A stretch of 64,000 nt of DNA from the NCBI GenBank assembly GCA_963749915.1, contig CAVVOP010000021.1:416001-480000 (forward strand), written 5' to 3'. The position numbers and the translations under genes were made by a program. The DNA is from an uncultured cyanobacterium (GTDB lineage Bacteria > Cyanobacteriota > Cyanobacteriia > Cyanobacteriales > Cyanobacteriaceae). The notes below the pieces were generated by a model. The model was not told the DNA's origin. It made no database searches and saw nothing but the letters and a program-made list of their open reading frames with translations. Below, piece by piece: positions 53,282 to 63,731 of this stretch; positions within the stretch are counted from its first letter, which is position 1, and each line of letters opens with the position of its first letter.

Positions 53282-54658
53282 ATGACCAAACCCAAAATCG
53301 CTGACCTTCTTAATGAACCCGGTTGCGAACACAATCACAAAAAAGGTAAAGGTAACAATAAGGCTTGTACTCAACAGGCCAAACCGGGTGCCGCTCAAGG
53401 TGGATGTGCCTTTGATGGAGCCTCGATCGCCCTTGTTCCCATTACCGATGCGGCTCACTTAGTTCACGGACCGATCGCCTGTGCGGGCAATTCTTGGGGT
53501 AGTCGCGGGAGTCTTTCCTCTGATGCGACCACCTATAAAATCGGTTTTACCACGGATATTGGGGAAAATGACATTATTTTTGGCGGCGAAAAAAGACTAT
53601 ATCAAGCCATCGGCCAAATTGTCAAAAGCTATAATCCTCCGGCTATCTTTGTTTACTCAACTTGTGTTACTGCACTGATTGGGGATGATTTGGATGCGGT
53701 TTGCGAATCAGCTACTAATAAATATGGCACTCCCATTATTCCAGTTCACGCTCCCGGTTTTGCGGGGAGTAAAAATCTCGGTAACAGGCTAGCTGGGGAA
53801 TCCCTGTTAGATTATGTGGTTGGCACTGCTGAACCTGAATACACTACCCCCTATGATATTAATCTGATTGGGGAATATAACATAGCCGGGGAACTTTGGG
53901 GGGTATTACCCCTCTTTGAAAAAGTGGGGATTCGCGTTCTGGCTAAGATTACTGGCGATGCAACTTTCTCGGAAATTCGTTATGCTCATCGTGCCAAACT
54001 CAATGTGATGATCTGTTCTAAAGCGCTGATTAACATGGGACGAAAAATGGAGGAGCGTTATGGTATTCCTTATATCGAAGAGTCTTTCTATGGTATTGCT
54101 GATATGAACCGCTGTTTACGGAACATTGCCCAAAAATTAGGGGATGAAGCCTTACAACAACGAGTAGAAACTCTGATTGCCGAAGAAACCACCAAACTTG
54201 ATTTAGCTCTTATTCCTTATCGTGCCAAACTCAAAGGCAAAAAAATGGTGCTATATACAGGAGGGGTAAAAAGTTGGTCAGTTATGTCAGCCGCTCAAGA
54301 TTTGGGCATGGAAGTAACCGCAACTAGTACAAAAAAAAGTACTGAAGAGGATAAAGCCAAAATTAAACAGTTATTGGGTAAAAATGGCATTGCTCTGGCT
54401 AAAGGTAATGCTCAAGAATTATTACGAGTTATTGAAAAAACCAAGGCAGATATGCTCGTAGCCGGAGGACGGAATCAATATACAGCCCTCAAAGCTCGTA
54501 TTCCGTTCCTAGATATTAACCAAGAACGCCATAAACCTTACGCCGGATATGTGGGACTGCTGGAAATGGCTAAAGAATTCGATCGCGTCCTTCACAGCCC
54601 TATTTGGCAACAGGTTCGTCAACCAGCACCCTGGGAAACAGTGAACAGTAATCAGTAA
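53282..54658 (+). CDS. nifE: FeMo-co scaffold alpha subunit
   Basis: GGCAFDGA, HGPIAC, YTGGVKSWS, DINQER. Confidence 0.97.
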   Translation: MTKPKIADLLNEPGCEHNHKKGKGNNKACTQQAKPGAAQGGCAFDGASIALVPITDAAHLVHGPIACAGNSWGSRGSLSSDATTYKIGFTTDIGENDIIFGGEKRLYQAIGQIVKSYNPPAIFVYSTCVTALIGDDLDAVCESATNKYGTPIIPVHAPGFAGSKNLGNRLAGESLLDYVVGTAEPEYTTPYDINLIGEYNIAGELWGVLPLFEKVGIRVLAKITGDATFSEIRYAHRAKLNVMICSKALINMGRKMEERYGIPYIEESFYGIADMNRCLRNIAQKLGDEALQQRVETLIAEETTKLDLALIPYRAKLKGKKMVLYTGGVKSWSVMSAAQDLGMEVTATSTKKSTEEDKAKIKQLLGKNGIALAKGNAQELLRVIEKTKADMLVAGGRNQYTALKARIPFLDINQERHKPYAGYVGLLEMAKEFDRVLHSPIWQQVRQPAPWETVNSNQ

Positions 54659-54681
54659 ACAGTTATCAATCTTTAAACGCC

Positions 54682-56028
54682 ATGACTACTACCATTATCA
54701 AAACCAAAAAATCTGTAGCTGTCAATCCCCTCAAACAGAGTCCACCTTTGGGTGCAGCCTTGGCTTTCTTGGGATTGAAGGGAATTGTGCCTTTATTTCA
54801 TGGTTCTCAAGGTTGCACTGCCTTTGCCAAGGTACTGTTAGTGCGACATTTCCGAGAAGCGATTCCCTTAGCAACCACTGCTATGACCGAAGTTTCAACC
54901 ATTTTAGGTGGTGAAGAAAATATTGAACAGGCGATACTAACCCTAGTAGAAAAAGCTCAACCTGAATTGATTGGTTTGCTAACTACAGGGTTAACCGAAA
55001 CCAGGGGGGATGATATGCAAGGGATCCTTAAATCGATTCGTCAGCGTCATCCCGAACTAGATTATTTACCGATTATCTTTGTTTCTACTCCCGATTATAA
55101 AGGGGCTTTGCAAGATGGTTTTGCCGCTGCGGTAAACTCAATTGTTGCTACCGATTATGGTCAAACTATGACGGTAGAAACCTTCCCGGAAAAGCCTTTA
55201 CCAGAACAAATAACTATTTTAGCAGGCTCATTGCTCGGTCCTGGGGATGTGGAGGAAATCAAGGAAATCGTCTCTGCCTTTGGTTTAAAACCCATAGTTA
55301 TCCCTGATTTATCTGGTTCGGTGGATGGACATTTAGATGATGATTACAATACCAAAACCCCAGGGGGTGCTTCCTTATCACAATTACAACAACTAGCTCG
55401 ATCTCAGTTTACTATTGCCATCGGCGAAAGTATGCGTTCGGCGGCGGAAATCTTACAACAAAAATTTGCTACGAGTTATGAAATTTTACCCCGCTTGACA
55501 GGTTTAGGTACAGTAGATCAGTTTTTGTGGTTATTAGCCCAGATTGCTACCAATAAAAATCAAAGAGATTCGCCCCTCTTACCTCGAATACCGCCTAAGT
55601 ACCAACGTCAGCGTCGTCAGCTACAAGATGCCATCCTCGATACCCATTTTTATCTGGGGGGCAAAAAGGTTTCTTTAGCATTAGAACCTGATTTGCTTTA
55701 TCAAACCAGTTGGTTGCTGAAGGAAATGGGAGCGGAAATTCAAGGGGCAGTAACCACTAATAACTCCCCGTTACTCTCAGAATTACCCTTTGAGCAGGTG
55801 ACGATCGGGGATTTAGAAGATTTGGCAGTTTTCGCTGAAGGTTCGGATCTGATCATTACTAATTCCCAAGGAAAAGCCCTTGCTGACAAACTAAACATAC
55901 CCCTTTATCGTCTGGGTTATCCCATTTACGATCGTCTGGGAAATGGTTCTCGTTGTCTCGTGGGCTATCGAGGTACAATGCAATTTTTGTTCGATCTCGG
56001 CAATATTTTTATTGAATTAGGGCATTAA
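54682..56028 (+). CDS. nifN: FeMo-co scaffold beta subunit
   Basis: NPLKQSPPLGA, HGSQGCTAF, GYPIYDRLG. Confidence 0.97.
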   Translation: MTTTIIKTKKSVAVNPLKQSPPLGAALAFLGLKGIVPLFHGSQGCTAFAKVLLVRHFREAIPLATTAMTEVSTILGGEENIEQAILTLVEKAQPELIGLLTTGLTETRGDDMQGILKSIRQRHPELDYLPIIFVSTPDYKGALQDGFAAAVNSIVATDYGQTMTVETFPEKPLPEQITILAGSLLGPGDVEEIKEIVSAFGLKPIVIPDLSGSVDGHLDDDYNTKTPGGASLSQLQQLARSQFTIAIGESMRSAAEILQQKFATSYEILPRLTGLGTVDQFLWLLAQIATNKNQRDSPLLPRIPPKYQRQRRQLQDAILDTHFYLGGKKVSLALEPDLLYQTSWLLKEMGAEIQGAVTTNNSPLLSELPFEQVTIGDLEDLAVFAEGSDLIITNSQGKALADKLNIPLYRLGYPIYDRLGNGSRCLVGYRGTMQFLFDLGNIFIELGH

Positions 56029-56126
56029 GAATTGTGAGTGATTTTTTTCTCAAAAATAATCATCAATTTCATTTTTATTCCCAATTTTCTGACCCAGTAA
56101 CTTTGTCAGTTAGTTGTTTTTACTAA

Positions 56127-56180
56127 AAAGCCTTGGGCAAAAAATCCCGAACCTTTGATTTTGATGATGAAGAGGAATAG
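56127..56180 (+). pseudogene. nifX: 3' remnant of a third nifX copy
   Basis: KALGKKSRTFDFDDEEE* matches the ends of both intact copies (KALGKRSHTFDFDDEQL, KALGKNASRFDFEEQEEL). Confidence 0.75.
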
Positions 56181-56218
56181 TTTTTCCCGCCATACTCAAA
56201 ATTAACTACTAATTAATT

Positions 56219-56692
56219 ATGACTACTACTATTGTTAAACCGGAAATTGATACTAGCATCATTGAACAAAGTGCTTTTCTCCAAGAATTAGTGCTTCAAG
56301 TACGAGCAAGGGACCATCATAACATTTATCGCAGTTGCCAAGATGAGTTGATCCTAGCTAATTACTTGATCACCAAAGACAAGAAAAACCAAATTTTGGT
56401 AAAACGAGATGTGGATTCACTCACCGAATTAAAGATTTTCTGTTTTTATCAAGCGATCGCCTCTGGAATCGAAAAACAAACGGGCAAATTCTCTCAAGTG
56501 GTGATGAGTCTTTCCCCTGAAGGCTTTGGCAAAGCCAGTATCTGGACAGGTCCTCTCATAGTATTGTCTCGTACTTTGAAAAACGCTCAGTATTTTGGCT
56601 ATCCTTCCCTGAAGAGATTGGCATCTCAAGGTGAAACATTGGTTAATTTTGGCATCAAAACCAGCGATTTATTAGCAATAACTAATATTTAG
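56219..56692 (+). CDS. NifX-associated DUF269 protein, divergent copy
   Basis: Aligns end to end with 57605-58081, but HEGFGW reads PEGFGK and the C-terminus is altered. Confidence 0.8.
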   Translation: MTTTIVKPEIDTSIIEQSAFLQELVLQVRARDHHNIYRSCQDELILANYLITKDKKNQILVKRDVDSLTELKIFCFYQAIASGIEKQTGKFSQVVMSLSPEGFGKASIWTGPLIVLSRTLKNAQYFGYPSLKRLASQGETLVNFGIKTSDLLAITNI

Positions 56693-56705
56693 GAGATTTG
56701 AAACC

Positions 56706-57107
56706 ATGAAAGTTGCCTTTGCTACCCAAGATAACGTTCATATCAATGCTCACTTTGGTTGGGCAAAAAAAGTAGATATTTATGATGTTTCTTCTGAAGG
56801 TTATGAATTCCTCAACACGGTTGAGTTTGGCGGTGATCTTAAAGAAGACGGCAACGAGGACAAGTTGATTCCCAAAATTAAGGCTGTTAGTGGTTGTCAA
56901 ATTGTTTATGTTTCTGCCATTGGAAGCAGTGCGGCCTCTAGTCTCTTAAAACATAATGTTACCGCTCTAAAAGTTGAAAACCAAGACAATCGAATTACCG
57001 ATGTTCTCAACAGTTTGGTAGAAACATTAGATAGTCCTCCTCCTTGGTTGCGTAAAGCCTTGGGTAAAAGATCCCACACCTTTGATTTCGACGATGAACA
57101 GTTATAG
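56706..57107 (+). CDS. nifX: NifX, copy 1
   Basis: HINAHFGWA, EDGNEDKL, PPPWLRKAL. Confidence 0.95.
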   Translation: MKVAFATQDNVHINAHFGWAKKVDIYDVSSEGYEFLNTVEFGGDLKEDGNEDKLIPKIKAVSGCQIVYVSAIGSSAASSLLKHNVTALKVENQDNRITDVLNSLVETLDSPPPWLRKALGKRSHTFDFDDEQL

Positions 57108-57139
57108 AGAGATAACTAATATTTAGGAGATTTGAAACT

Positions 57140-57544
57140 ATGAAAGTTGCCTTTGTCACCCAAGATAACGTTCACATCAATGCTCACTTTGGTTGGGCAA
57201 AAAAAGTAGATATTTATGATGTCTCTTCTGAAGGGTACGACTTCCTCAACACAGTTGAATTTGGCGGAGAACTAAAAGAAGATGGCAACGAAGACAAATT
57301 AATGCCCAAAATGAATGCAGTTGCCGATTGCACGATCGTCTATGTTTCAGCGATCGGAGGCAGTGCTGCATCTCGTTTACTTAAAAACAAGATTACTCCC
57401 CTAAAAGCGGAAAACCAAGAAGATGAAATCGCCGATGTTCTCGACAGTTTAGTGAAAACATTGGATAATCCGCCTCCTTGGTTGCGCAAAGCTCTGGGTA
57501 AAAATGCTTCTAGGTTTGATTTCGAGGAGCAAGAAGAATTGTAG
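57140..57544 (+). CDS. nifX: NifX, copy 2
   Basis: HINAHFGWA, AIGGSAA, PPPWLRKAL. Confidence 0.95.
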   Translation: MKVAFVTQDNVHINAHFGWAKKVDIYDVSSEGYDFLNTVEFGGELKEDGNEDKLMPKMNAVADCTIVYVSAIGGSAASRLLKNKITPLKAENQEDEIADVLDSLVKTLDNPPPWLRKALGKNASRFDFEEQEEL

Positions 57545-57604
57545 GAATTTAGAATTACCCTCTCCTGGCTACTTACTCCTAGTAAAAATTAACGACAAAC
57601 AATT

Positions 57605-58081
57605 ATGACTACTACAATTACTAGACCGGAAACTACTACTAACATTGTTGAAGAGAGTAACTTTCTTCAAGAGCTAGTACTTCAAGTGCGTGCTCAAGAT
57701 CATTATGGCGTTTATCGCAGTTGGAAAGATGAATTGGTACTAGCCAATTATGTGGTTAGTAAAGATAAGAAAAGTAAGATTTCTGTGGAAGGAGATGTTG
57801 ATCCCGCCACGCAATTAAGGATTCTCTGTTTCTATCGAGCGATCGCCGCTTGTATCGAAAAACAAACGGGTAAACTCTGTCAAGTTGTGATTGATCTTTC
57901 CCATGAAGGCTTTGGCTGGGCAATTATCTGGACTGGGCGCTTGCTGGTATTATCTCGCACCCTAAGGGATTCTCAACGCTTTGGCTATCCTTCCCTCCAG
58001 AAATTGGCGGCTCAGGGGGAAAGATTGGTCGATTCGGGGATCAAAAACATCGAGAAGTTTCCGGAAGCGGCGAATGCTTAG
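57605..58081 (+). CDS. NifX-associated DUF269 protein
   Basis: RAQDHYG, FYRAIA, LSHEGFGW, LRDSQRFGY. Confidence 0.92.
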   Translation: MTTTITRPETTTNIVEESNFLQELVLQVRAQDHYGVYRSWKDELVLANYVVSKDKKSKISVEGDVDPATQLRILCFYRAIAACIEKQTGKLCQVVIDLSHEGFGWAIIWTGRLLVLSRTLRDSQRFGYPSLQKLAAQGERLVDSGIKNIEKFPEAANA

Positions 58082-58132
58082 ATTCCTTTAACAGTAAATA
58101 GTTATCAGTTGATTGAGCATCAAAACACGAAC

Positions 58133-58369
58133 ATGATTACAGTTGAAGTAAACACCCCAACCCCCGAAGCTGTTGCTGAGTTAAAGAAAAAAATCAAACG
58201 TCTCAACAGTAAGGCTGGGCAAATGAAGATGGATTTACACGATCTCGCCGAAGGTTTGCCCACAGATTACCACCTCCTTATTGAGGAAGCGACTAAAACT
58301 TACGATATTTATCGTGAATTAGCCGAACTCAAACAACAATTAAAAGCTTGGGAGAAGCAATTATCATGA
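58133..58369 (+). CDS. DUF683 / CCE_0567 family metalloprotein; start at ATG 58133
   Basis: LNSKAGQMKMDLHDLAEGLP. Confidence 0.92.
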   Translation: MITVEVNTPTPEAVAELKKKIKRLNSKAGQMKMDLHDLAEGLPTDYHLLIEEATKTYDIYRELAELKQQLKAWEKQLS

Positions 58370-58713
58370 TTATGACTAACAGTAAACCAAAAACCTTAAC
58401 AGCATTCCAAAACTTAGTAGATGCGGAAGATTACTTACAATTTTTTGACATCGAATATGATCGCGATTTTGTTAATATCAATCGCCTCCATATTTTAAAG
58501 CAATTTTCTCTGCTGATTAAGGAAGTAGATCAAGCTTTTCCCGAAGTCAGGGAAACAGAAAGATTAGAGAAATATGCAAGTGCCTTGGAGGAAGCTTATC
58601 AGGTTTTCTTAACCTCTAGTCCTCTGGAAACCAAGTTATTTAAAGTATTTCAAAGCAAACCGAAAAACTTTGTTTCCTTAGAAGAGCTAACCAAAAAGAC
58701 CACGGGAAAATAA
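58366..58713 (+). CDS. nifW: Nitrogenase-stabilising protein (start 58366 or 58372)
   Basis: DAEDYLQFF, VNINRLHILKQF, KLFKVF. Confidence 0.94.
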   Translation: MIMTNSKPKTLTAFQNLVDAEDYLQFFDIEYDRDFVNINRLHILKQFSLLIKEVDQAFPEVRETERLEKYASALEEAYQVFLTSSPLETKLFKVFQSKPKNFVSLEELTKKTTGK

Positions 58714-58748
58714 GCCAAAACCAATAACGTAACGGAGGACAATGAATA

Positions 58749-59534
58749 ATGTTAACACCGAAAGAATTAGAACGCTATAGCCGACAGATACAGCTTCCTG
58801 GTTTAGGCAAAGAAGGACAGAAAGCGCTAAAAAATACCACTGCTCTGGTTTCTGGGGTAGGGGGTTTGGGCGGTACTGTCGCTGTTTACCTAGCGGTTGC
58901 TGGTATTGGTAAGTTAATTCTAGTTCGAGGTGGTGGGTTACGTCTCGATGATCTGAATCGTCAGATTTTGATGAGCGATGACTGGGTGGGTAAACCTAGA
59001 GTTATCAAAGCTAAAGAAACTCTCACCCAGATTAATCCTGACGTAGAAGTTGAGGCGATCTCCGAATATATCACGGCGGATAATGTCAATTCTCTTGTCC
59101 AACGTTGTGATCTTGCCCTCAGTTGTGCTCATAATTTTCCCGAACGAGATTTACTCAATGCTGCCTGCGTGAGTTGGCAGAAGCCCATGGTAGAAGCTGC
59201 CATGAATAGCATGGAGGCTTATTTAACCACTATAGTTCCAGGTAAAACCCCTTGTCTGTGTTGTTTGTTCCCGGAAAAACCCGACTGGAATCGCCGTGAC
59301 TTCGGCGTACTCGGTGCGGTTTCTGGAACTCTTGCCTGTCTAACTGCCTTAGAAGCAATCAAGCTAATTACTGGGTTAGGGAAACCTCTTTTGGGACAGT
59401 TACTCAATATGGATTTAGCTAATCTCGAGTTTCGCAAACTCCGTCTGTACAAAGATCCTGATTGTCCAGTCTGTGGAAAAGCTTCTAGTGATGCAGTGAG
59501 ACAAGTAGATCGAACAGCAGTTTTATCCCCCTAA
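58749..59534 (+). CDS. hesA: HesA (MoeB/ThiF family)
   Basis: ERYSRQ, GVGGLG, LNRQ, CLCC and CPVC. Confidence 0.93.
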   Translation: MLTPKELERYSRQIQLPGLGKEGQKALKNTTALVSGVGGLGGTVAVYLAVAGIGKLILVRGGGLRLDDLNRQILMSDDWVGKPRVIKAKETLTQINPDVEVEAISEYITADNVNSLVQRCDLALSCAHNFPERDLLNAACVSWQKPMVEAAMNSMEAYLTTIVPGKTPCLCCLFPEKPDWNRRDFGVLGAVSGTLACLTALEAIKLITGLGKPLLGQLLNMDLANLEFRKLRLYKDPDCPVCGKASSDAVRQVDRTAVLSP

Positions 59535-59627
59535 ATCTCTCTTTAAAAGAAAAACTTTCCCTAACAACACAGCTTAAAACTAACAACAAACTAATCTTAC
59601 AAACAAATAACTAAAAGGAGAATTTCC

Positions 59628-59996
59628 ATGACAGTTTTCTTAACCGAAAAAGCCGCTTTCAGACTTCGTAGCTTTATCCGTGCTAATACGGATGAAACTA
59701 CTCCTGAAAAAGGAGTTCGCGTAGCCGCAGTTGATGGCGGATGTAGTGGCTTCGAATATGCTTTAGATGTTGTTGATCGTCCCCAGAGCGATGATCTAAT
59801 TTATGAACAAGATAAAGTCAAAATTTACCTCGATCATAAAAGTGCTCCCTTCTTAAATGGTATTGTCATTGACTTTGTGGAAAGTCTAACTCAAGCTGGA
59901 TTCACTTTTGAAAATCCTAATGCTACGGATAGCTGTGGTTGTGGCAAATCTTTCTCGGTGGCAGATTGCACTCCCGAACCTGTGCCCTGCAGCTAA
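59628..59996 (+). CDS. hesB: HesB / IscA-nif Fe-S carrier
   Basis: GGCSG and CGCGKSF. Confidence 0.94.
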   Translation: MTVFLTEKAAFRLRSFIRANTDETTPEKGVRVAAVDGGCSGFEYALDVVDRPQSDDLIYEQDKVKIYLDHKSAPFLNGIVIDFVESLTQAGFTFENPNATDSCGCGKSFSVADCTPEPVPCS

Positions 59997-60034
59997 CCTG
60001 GATTATTCACCAAAATCAATAACAAAATAATTGA

Positions 60035-60367
<333 letters not shown>

Positions 60368-60447
60368 ATAAATCGTCATTGGTTCCTCTTTGTTTGTTCT
60401 TCTCTTTGAGTTACTCATGACCAATAACTGAAAAATACACAAGACCA

Positions 60448-60825
60448 ATGACCAAAAACAAAAAAATCTGGAAACAAGTTGTTTATAAAATTGGGGTTTG
60501 GATAACCGCCGAAATTTGGCTCAATCTGATCGGATTAGATAACATTGCTGATTACAGTGAGTTTACTTTTGCTCAAGATTTAGACATAAATCTGAAAAAT
60601 GACAGAAAGGTCAAAATTACTCAGTATCCACCCCAATTTTGTCCTCAGGTAAATGATTTTTGCCCTATACCACCAACAGTAGCTAACCCAACAGATCTGG
60701 CAGAAGATAGCTGTAAGGTTAAAGTGGAAATATTCAAAAACAAATGCCAACAACTTGCACAACCTTGTCTAAAAATAGTGTGTTTCCTGAGCTCATACAC
60801 ATCCAATATTATTAATCAACCATAA
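60448..60825 (+). CDS. Hypothetical protein with AEIWLNLIGLDNIADYSEF motif and Cys-rich tail
   Basis: Co-oriented ATG-started ORF. Confidence 0.65.
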   Translation: MTKNKKIWKQVVYKIGVWITAEIWLNLIGLDNIADYSEFTFAQDLDINLKNDRKVKITQYPPQFCPQVNDFCPIPPTVANPTDLAEDSCKVKVEIFKNKCQQLAQPCLKIVCFLSSYTSNIINQP

Positions 60826-60838
60826 TTTATTAATTAAG

Positions 60839-61189
60839 TTGATAATGATTAATCAAGAACAATTCACTAAAGAATATATCAGGATTATCAACAATTATTA
60901 TCCCACGGCGGGTCGATTATTACGCCGTTGTTTGCTAAAAATTCTCAAGTTAAATGTCTATCACGCTAATAAGTATTCTTACTATTTAGCTATTTATTAT
61001 CCAGAGCGATTAGGTGCTCGTTTATTAGAGCAACAAGACCTTTTTAGAGAAGCAGCAGAAAATATGGGATTACTAGAAGTAGTTTTTAAAAATGCTAACC
61101 ATTTAGTCAAAGACCCACTTTCGAGCATAAAACAGCAAGATTTCCGTTTCTGGTTAGAGTTATGTTGGATTGCCAATGATGCCGACTAA
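60839..61189 (+). CDS. Hypothetical protein (start may be the ATG at 60845)
   Basis: Co-oriented ORF with tight spacing. Confidence 0.6.
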   Translation: MIMINQEQFTKEYIRIINNYYPTAGRLLRRCLLKILKLNVYHANKYSYYLAIYYPERLGARLLEQQDLFREAAENMGLLEVVFKNANHLVKDPLSSIKQQDFRFWLELCWIANDAD

Positions 61190-61203
61190 TTTTTTTAAGG
61201 AGG

Positions 61204-61431
61204 ATGAAGATGTTAGTAATTAGTTTACTTGTTTTATCAATATTTATAGTAGCAATTATTTTAAGTATTCATAATAGTGATGAAGTTCACCAACTAGTTG
61301 CTTTTTTATCGATATTTATTACTCTGATTTGTGTGTTTATCTTAACTCCTCTTCTGCTAAAAGGTGTATTGGTATTATTGTTTTTTACTATAGGAAATAA
61401 AATATTTCCTGCTCATCGCAGTTTAAAATAA
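61204..61431 (+). CDS. Small hydrophobic membrane protein
   Basis: AGGAGG RBS; two to three TM helices around SDEVHQ. Confidence 0.65.
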   Translation: MKMLVISLLVLSIFIVAIILSIHNSDEVHQLVAFLSIFITLICVFILTPLLLKGVLVLLFFTIGNKIFPAHRSLK

Positions 61432-61510
61432 TCTTTTATCACTTATTATTCACTGATCATTATAGTAGCTAACATTGAATTTTATCAATCTCAATTCTAG
61501 TAACTATATA

Positions 61511-61526
61511 TATAGCAGTCCTAAAT
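61511..61526. mobile_element. MITE/IS630-like end motif
   Basis: TATAGCAGTCCTAAAT after a TA run; only a weak inverted partner near 61628-61654. Confidence 0.35.
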
Positions 61527-61695
61527 ACTCTGTAGCAAAAATCGAGAGCGATAGAGAAAACAAATATTAGATAACTCAGGATAAATAATCAACTTAGAAA
61601 TAATAAAAGACTGATAATTAATGACAGTTTTGTATCTATATTTACGGTTATTTAAAAAGTTATTGTTAAGATAAAATATTAATGAAAAAAATAAA

Positions 61696-62322
61696 ATGGA
61701 TTGTCACGACTGTTATCAAAACTGTCAATCAAAAAGACAGAATACAGGGTGGAAATTATTTGGTTTTGGCTCGAGAAAATCAGCAAGAAAAAATTTTTCC
61801 CACCACTCTCAAACCACTATTGCTTTAGTCGGTTCACCCAATGTTGGTAAGAGTTTATTGTTTAACCTCTTAACTGGGACCTACGTAACGGTTTCTAATT
61901 ATCCGGGGACAACAGTAGAAGTAGCCCGAGGCAATGCCATAATTGCTGGAGAAAACATCACCTTTCTCGATACACCGGGCATGTATTCGCTGATTCCGAT
62001 TACCGAAGAAGAGAACGTCGCCAGAAATTTAATTATGAACCAGACAGTGAATTTAGTAATTCACGTCGTCGATGCTAAACATTTAGGCAGAATGCTTAAT
62101 CTTACCCTGCAATTAATAGAAGCTCAATTACCAGTATTACTGGTAGTCAATATGATTGACGAGGCGCAAAAATTAGGCATTGGGGTAGATGAAAATCAAT
62201 TAGCCTACCAACTAGGGATTCCTGTTATCACTATGGCAGCAGCACAAAAATTAGGACTGAAAAAATTAACTGCAAAGGTAGCCGATTATGTCCAGTCAAC
62301 TTCTTTATCCGCCACTTATTGA
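61696..62322 (+). CDS. feoB: FeoB GTPase domain as a separate ORF
   Basis: GSPNVGKS, NYPGTT, DTPG, NMID. Confidence 0.92.
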   Translation: MDCHDCYQNCQSKRQNTGWKLFGFGSRKSARKNFSHHSQTTIALVGSPNVGKSLLFNLLTGTYVTVSNYPGTTVEVARGNAIIAGENITFLDTPGMYSLIPITEEENVARNLIMNQTVNLVIHVVDAKHLGRMLNLTLQLIEAQLPVLLVVNMIDEAQKLGIGVDENQLAYQLGIPVITMAAAQKLGLKKLTAKVADYVQSTSLSATY

Positions 62323-63730
62323 AGTCGCAATTGCTCGCATTGAGTCTTTACTGAGTGATCAGGCGGAAAACCAAATTTCCCGACGCAGTCTTGCTCTTTT
62401 ACTACTGCAACAAGACCCCATCTTGCGCTCGCAGCTAGAGCAAGAACCCTATTTTCCTGAAATTGAGAGGGTTATTAACGAGACTCAGGCAGGGATGTCT
62501 GAATCATTAAGTTTTGCCATTGCCCAATCCCGTCATCAATTAGCGATGGCGATTGAACAAGATGTTACGATTCAACCGCAACAGCCAAGAGCTTTTAAGT
62601 ATGAGTGGTTGCATCAGTTAACCGTTCATCCCTTAACGGGAATTCCCCTGCTTGCTTTAGTTCTCTACTTCGGTGTCTATCAATTTGTTGGGGTATTTGG
62701 TGGGGGAATATTAGTCGATGGGATTGAAGGATTTTTTGAGTCCCAGATTAATCCTGTGGTTAATACCGTTGTCGCTGTCATTTTCCCCTGGCAAATCATT
62801 CAAGATTTGTTGGCTAACGATTATGGAATTATTACTTTAGGAATTCGATATGCTGTCGCCATCGTCTTACCCATTGTCACGACTTTCTTTTTAATGTTTT
62901 CCCTCTTAGAAGATAGTGGTTATTTACCCCGTCTATCTTTACTGGTAGATGGATTGTTTAAAATCATCGGACTTTCAGGGCGATCGGTTATTCCTCTAAT
63001 TTTAGGATTAGGCTGTGGTACTATGGCAACTCTAGTCACTCGCACCCTCGAAAGTAAACGAGAACGAATTATTGCTACTTTACTCTTAGCTCTAACTATT
63101 CCCTGTTCAGCTCAACTAGGGGTTATTTTAGGCTTACTTTCCCAAGAACCTACTGCTCTATTTATCTGGGCTGTGGTGATGGTGGCAATCTTTTTGGGCA
63201 TTGGTTTTTTGGCAGGGAGAATTATACCCGGAAAAGCCTCTTGTTTCTATATGGAGATTCCCCCCTTAAGAGTGCCGAGTCTCGAAGCTATTCTCACTAA
63301 AACCTATGTGCGTCTTAAATGGTACTTTGGTGAAATTTTGCCGTTGTTTATCTTGGCTTCAATTTTAATTTGGGCAGGTAAACTTACGGGGTTATTCGAT
63401 GTTTTAGTCAGAGGATTAGAACCAGTAATGCTGTGGTTGGGATTACCCCAAGAATCCGCCCCAACGTTTTTATATGGCTTTTTCCGTCGTGACTACGGGG
63501 CAGCAGGAATGTTTGACTTGCACTCTTCGGGAATTTTGGCTGGTCAACAATTAGTAGTAGCTTCTGTAACACTAACTCTCTTTATTCCCTGTATCGCTCA
63601 ATTACAATTTATGGTGAAAGAAAGGGGAGTAAAAAATACAATTGCGATCGCTAGTTTTGTCGTTTTCTTTGCCTTTTCTTTAGGCTATGTTCTCAATCAA
63701 TTATTAACTATTCTGGAGGTTAGCTTTTAA
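62288..63730 (+). CDS. feoB: FeoB membrane domain as a separate ORF
   Basis: LEDSGYLPR, GLGCG, PCSAQL, FYMEIP, PCIA. Confidence 0.92.
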   Translation: MSSQLLYPPLIEVAIARIESLLSDQAENQISRRSLALLLLQQDPILRSQLEQEPYFPEIERVINETQAGMSESLSFAIAQSRHQLAMAIEQDVTIQPQQPRAFKYEWLHQLTVHPLTGIPLLALVLYFGVYQFVGVFGGGILVDGIEGFFESQINPVVNTVVAVIFPWQIIQDLLANDYGIITLGIRYAVAIVLPIVTTFFLMFSLLEDSGYLPRLSLLVDGLFKIIGLSGRSVIPLILGLGCGTMATLVTRTLESKRERIIATLLLALTIPCSAQLGVILGLLSQEPTALFIWAVVMVAIFLGIGFLAGRIIPGKASCFYMEIPPLRVPSLEAILTKTYVRLKWYFGEILPLFILASILIWAGKLTGLFDVLVRGLEPVMLWLGLPQESAPTFLYGFFRRDYGAAGMFDLHSSGILAGQQLVVASVTLTLFIPCIAQLQFMVKERGVKNTIAIASFVVFFAFSLGYVLNQLLTILEVSF

Positions 63731-63731
63731 A

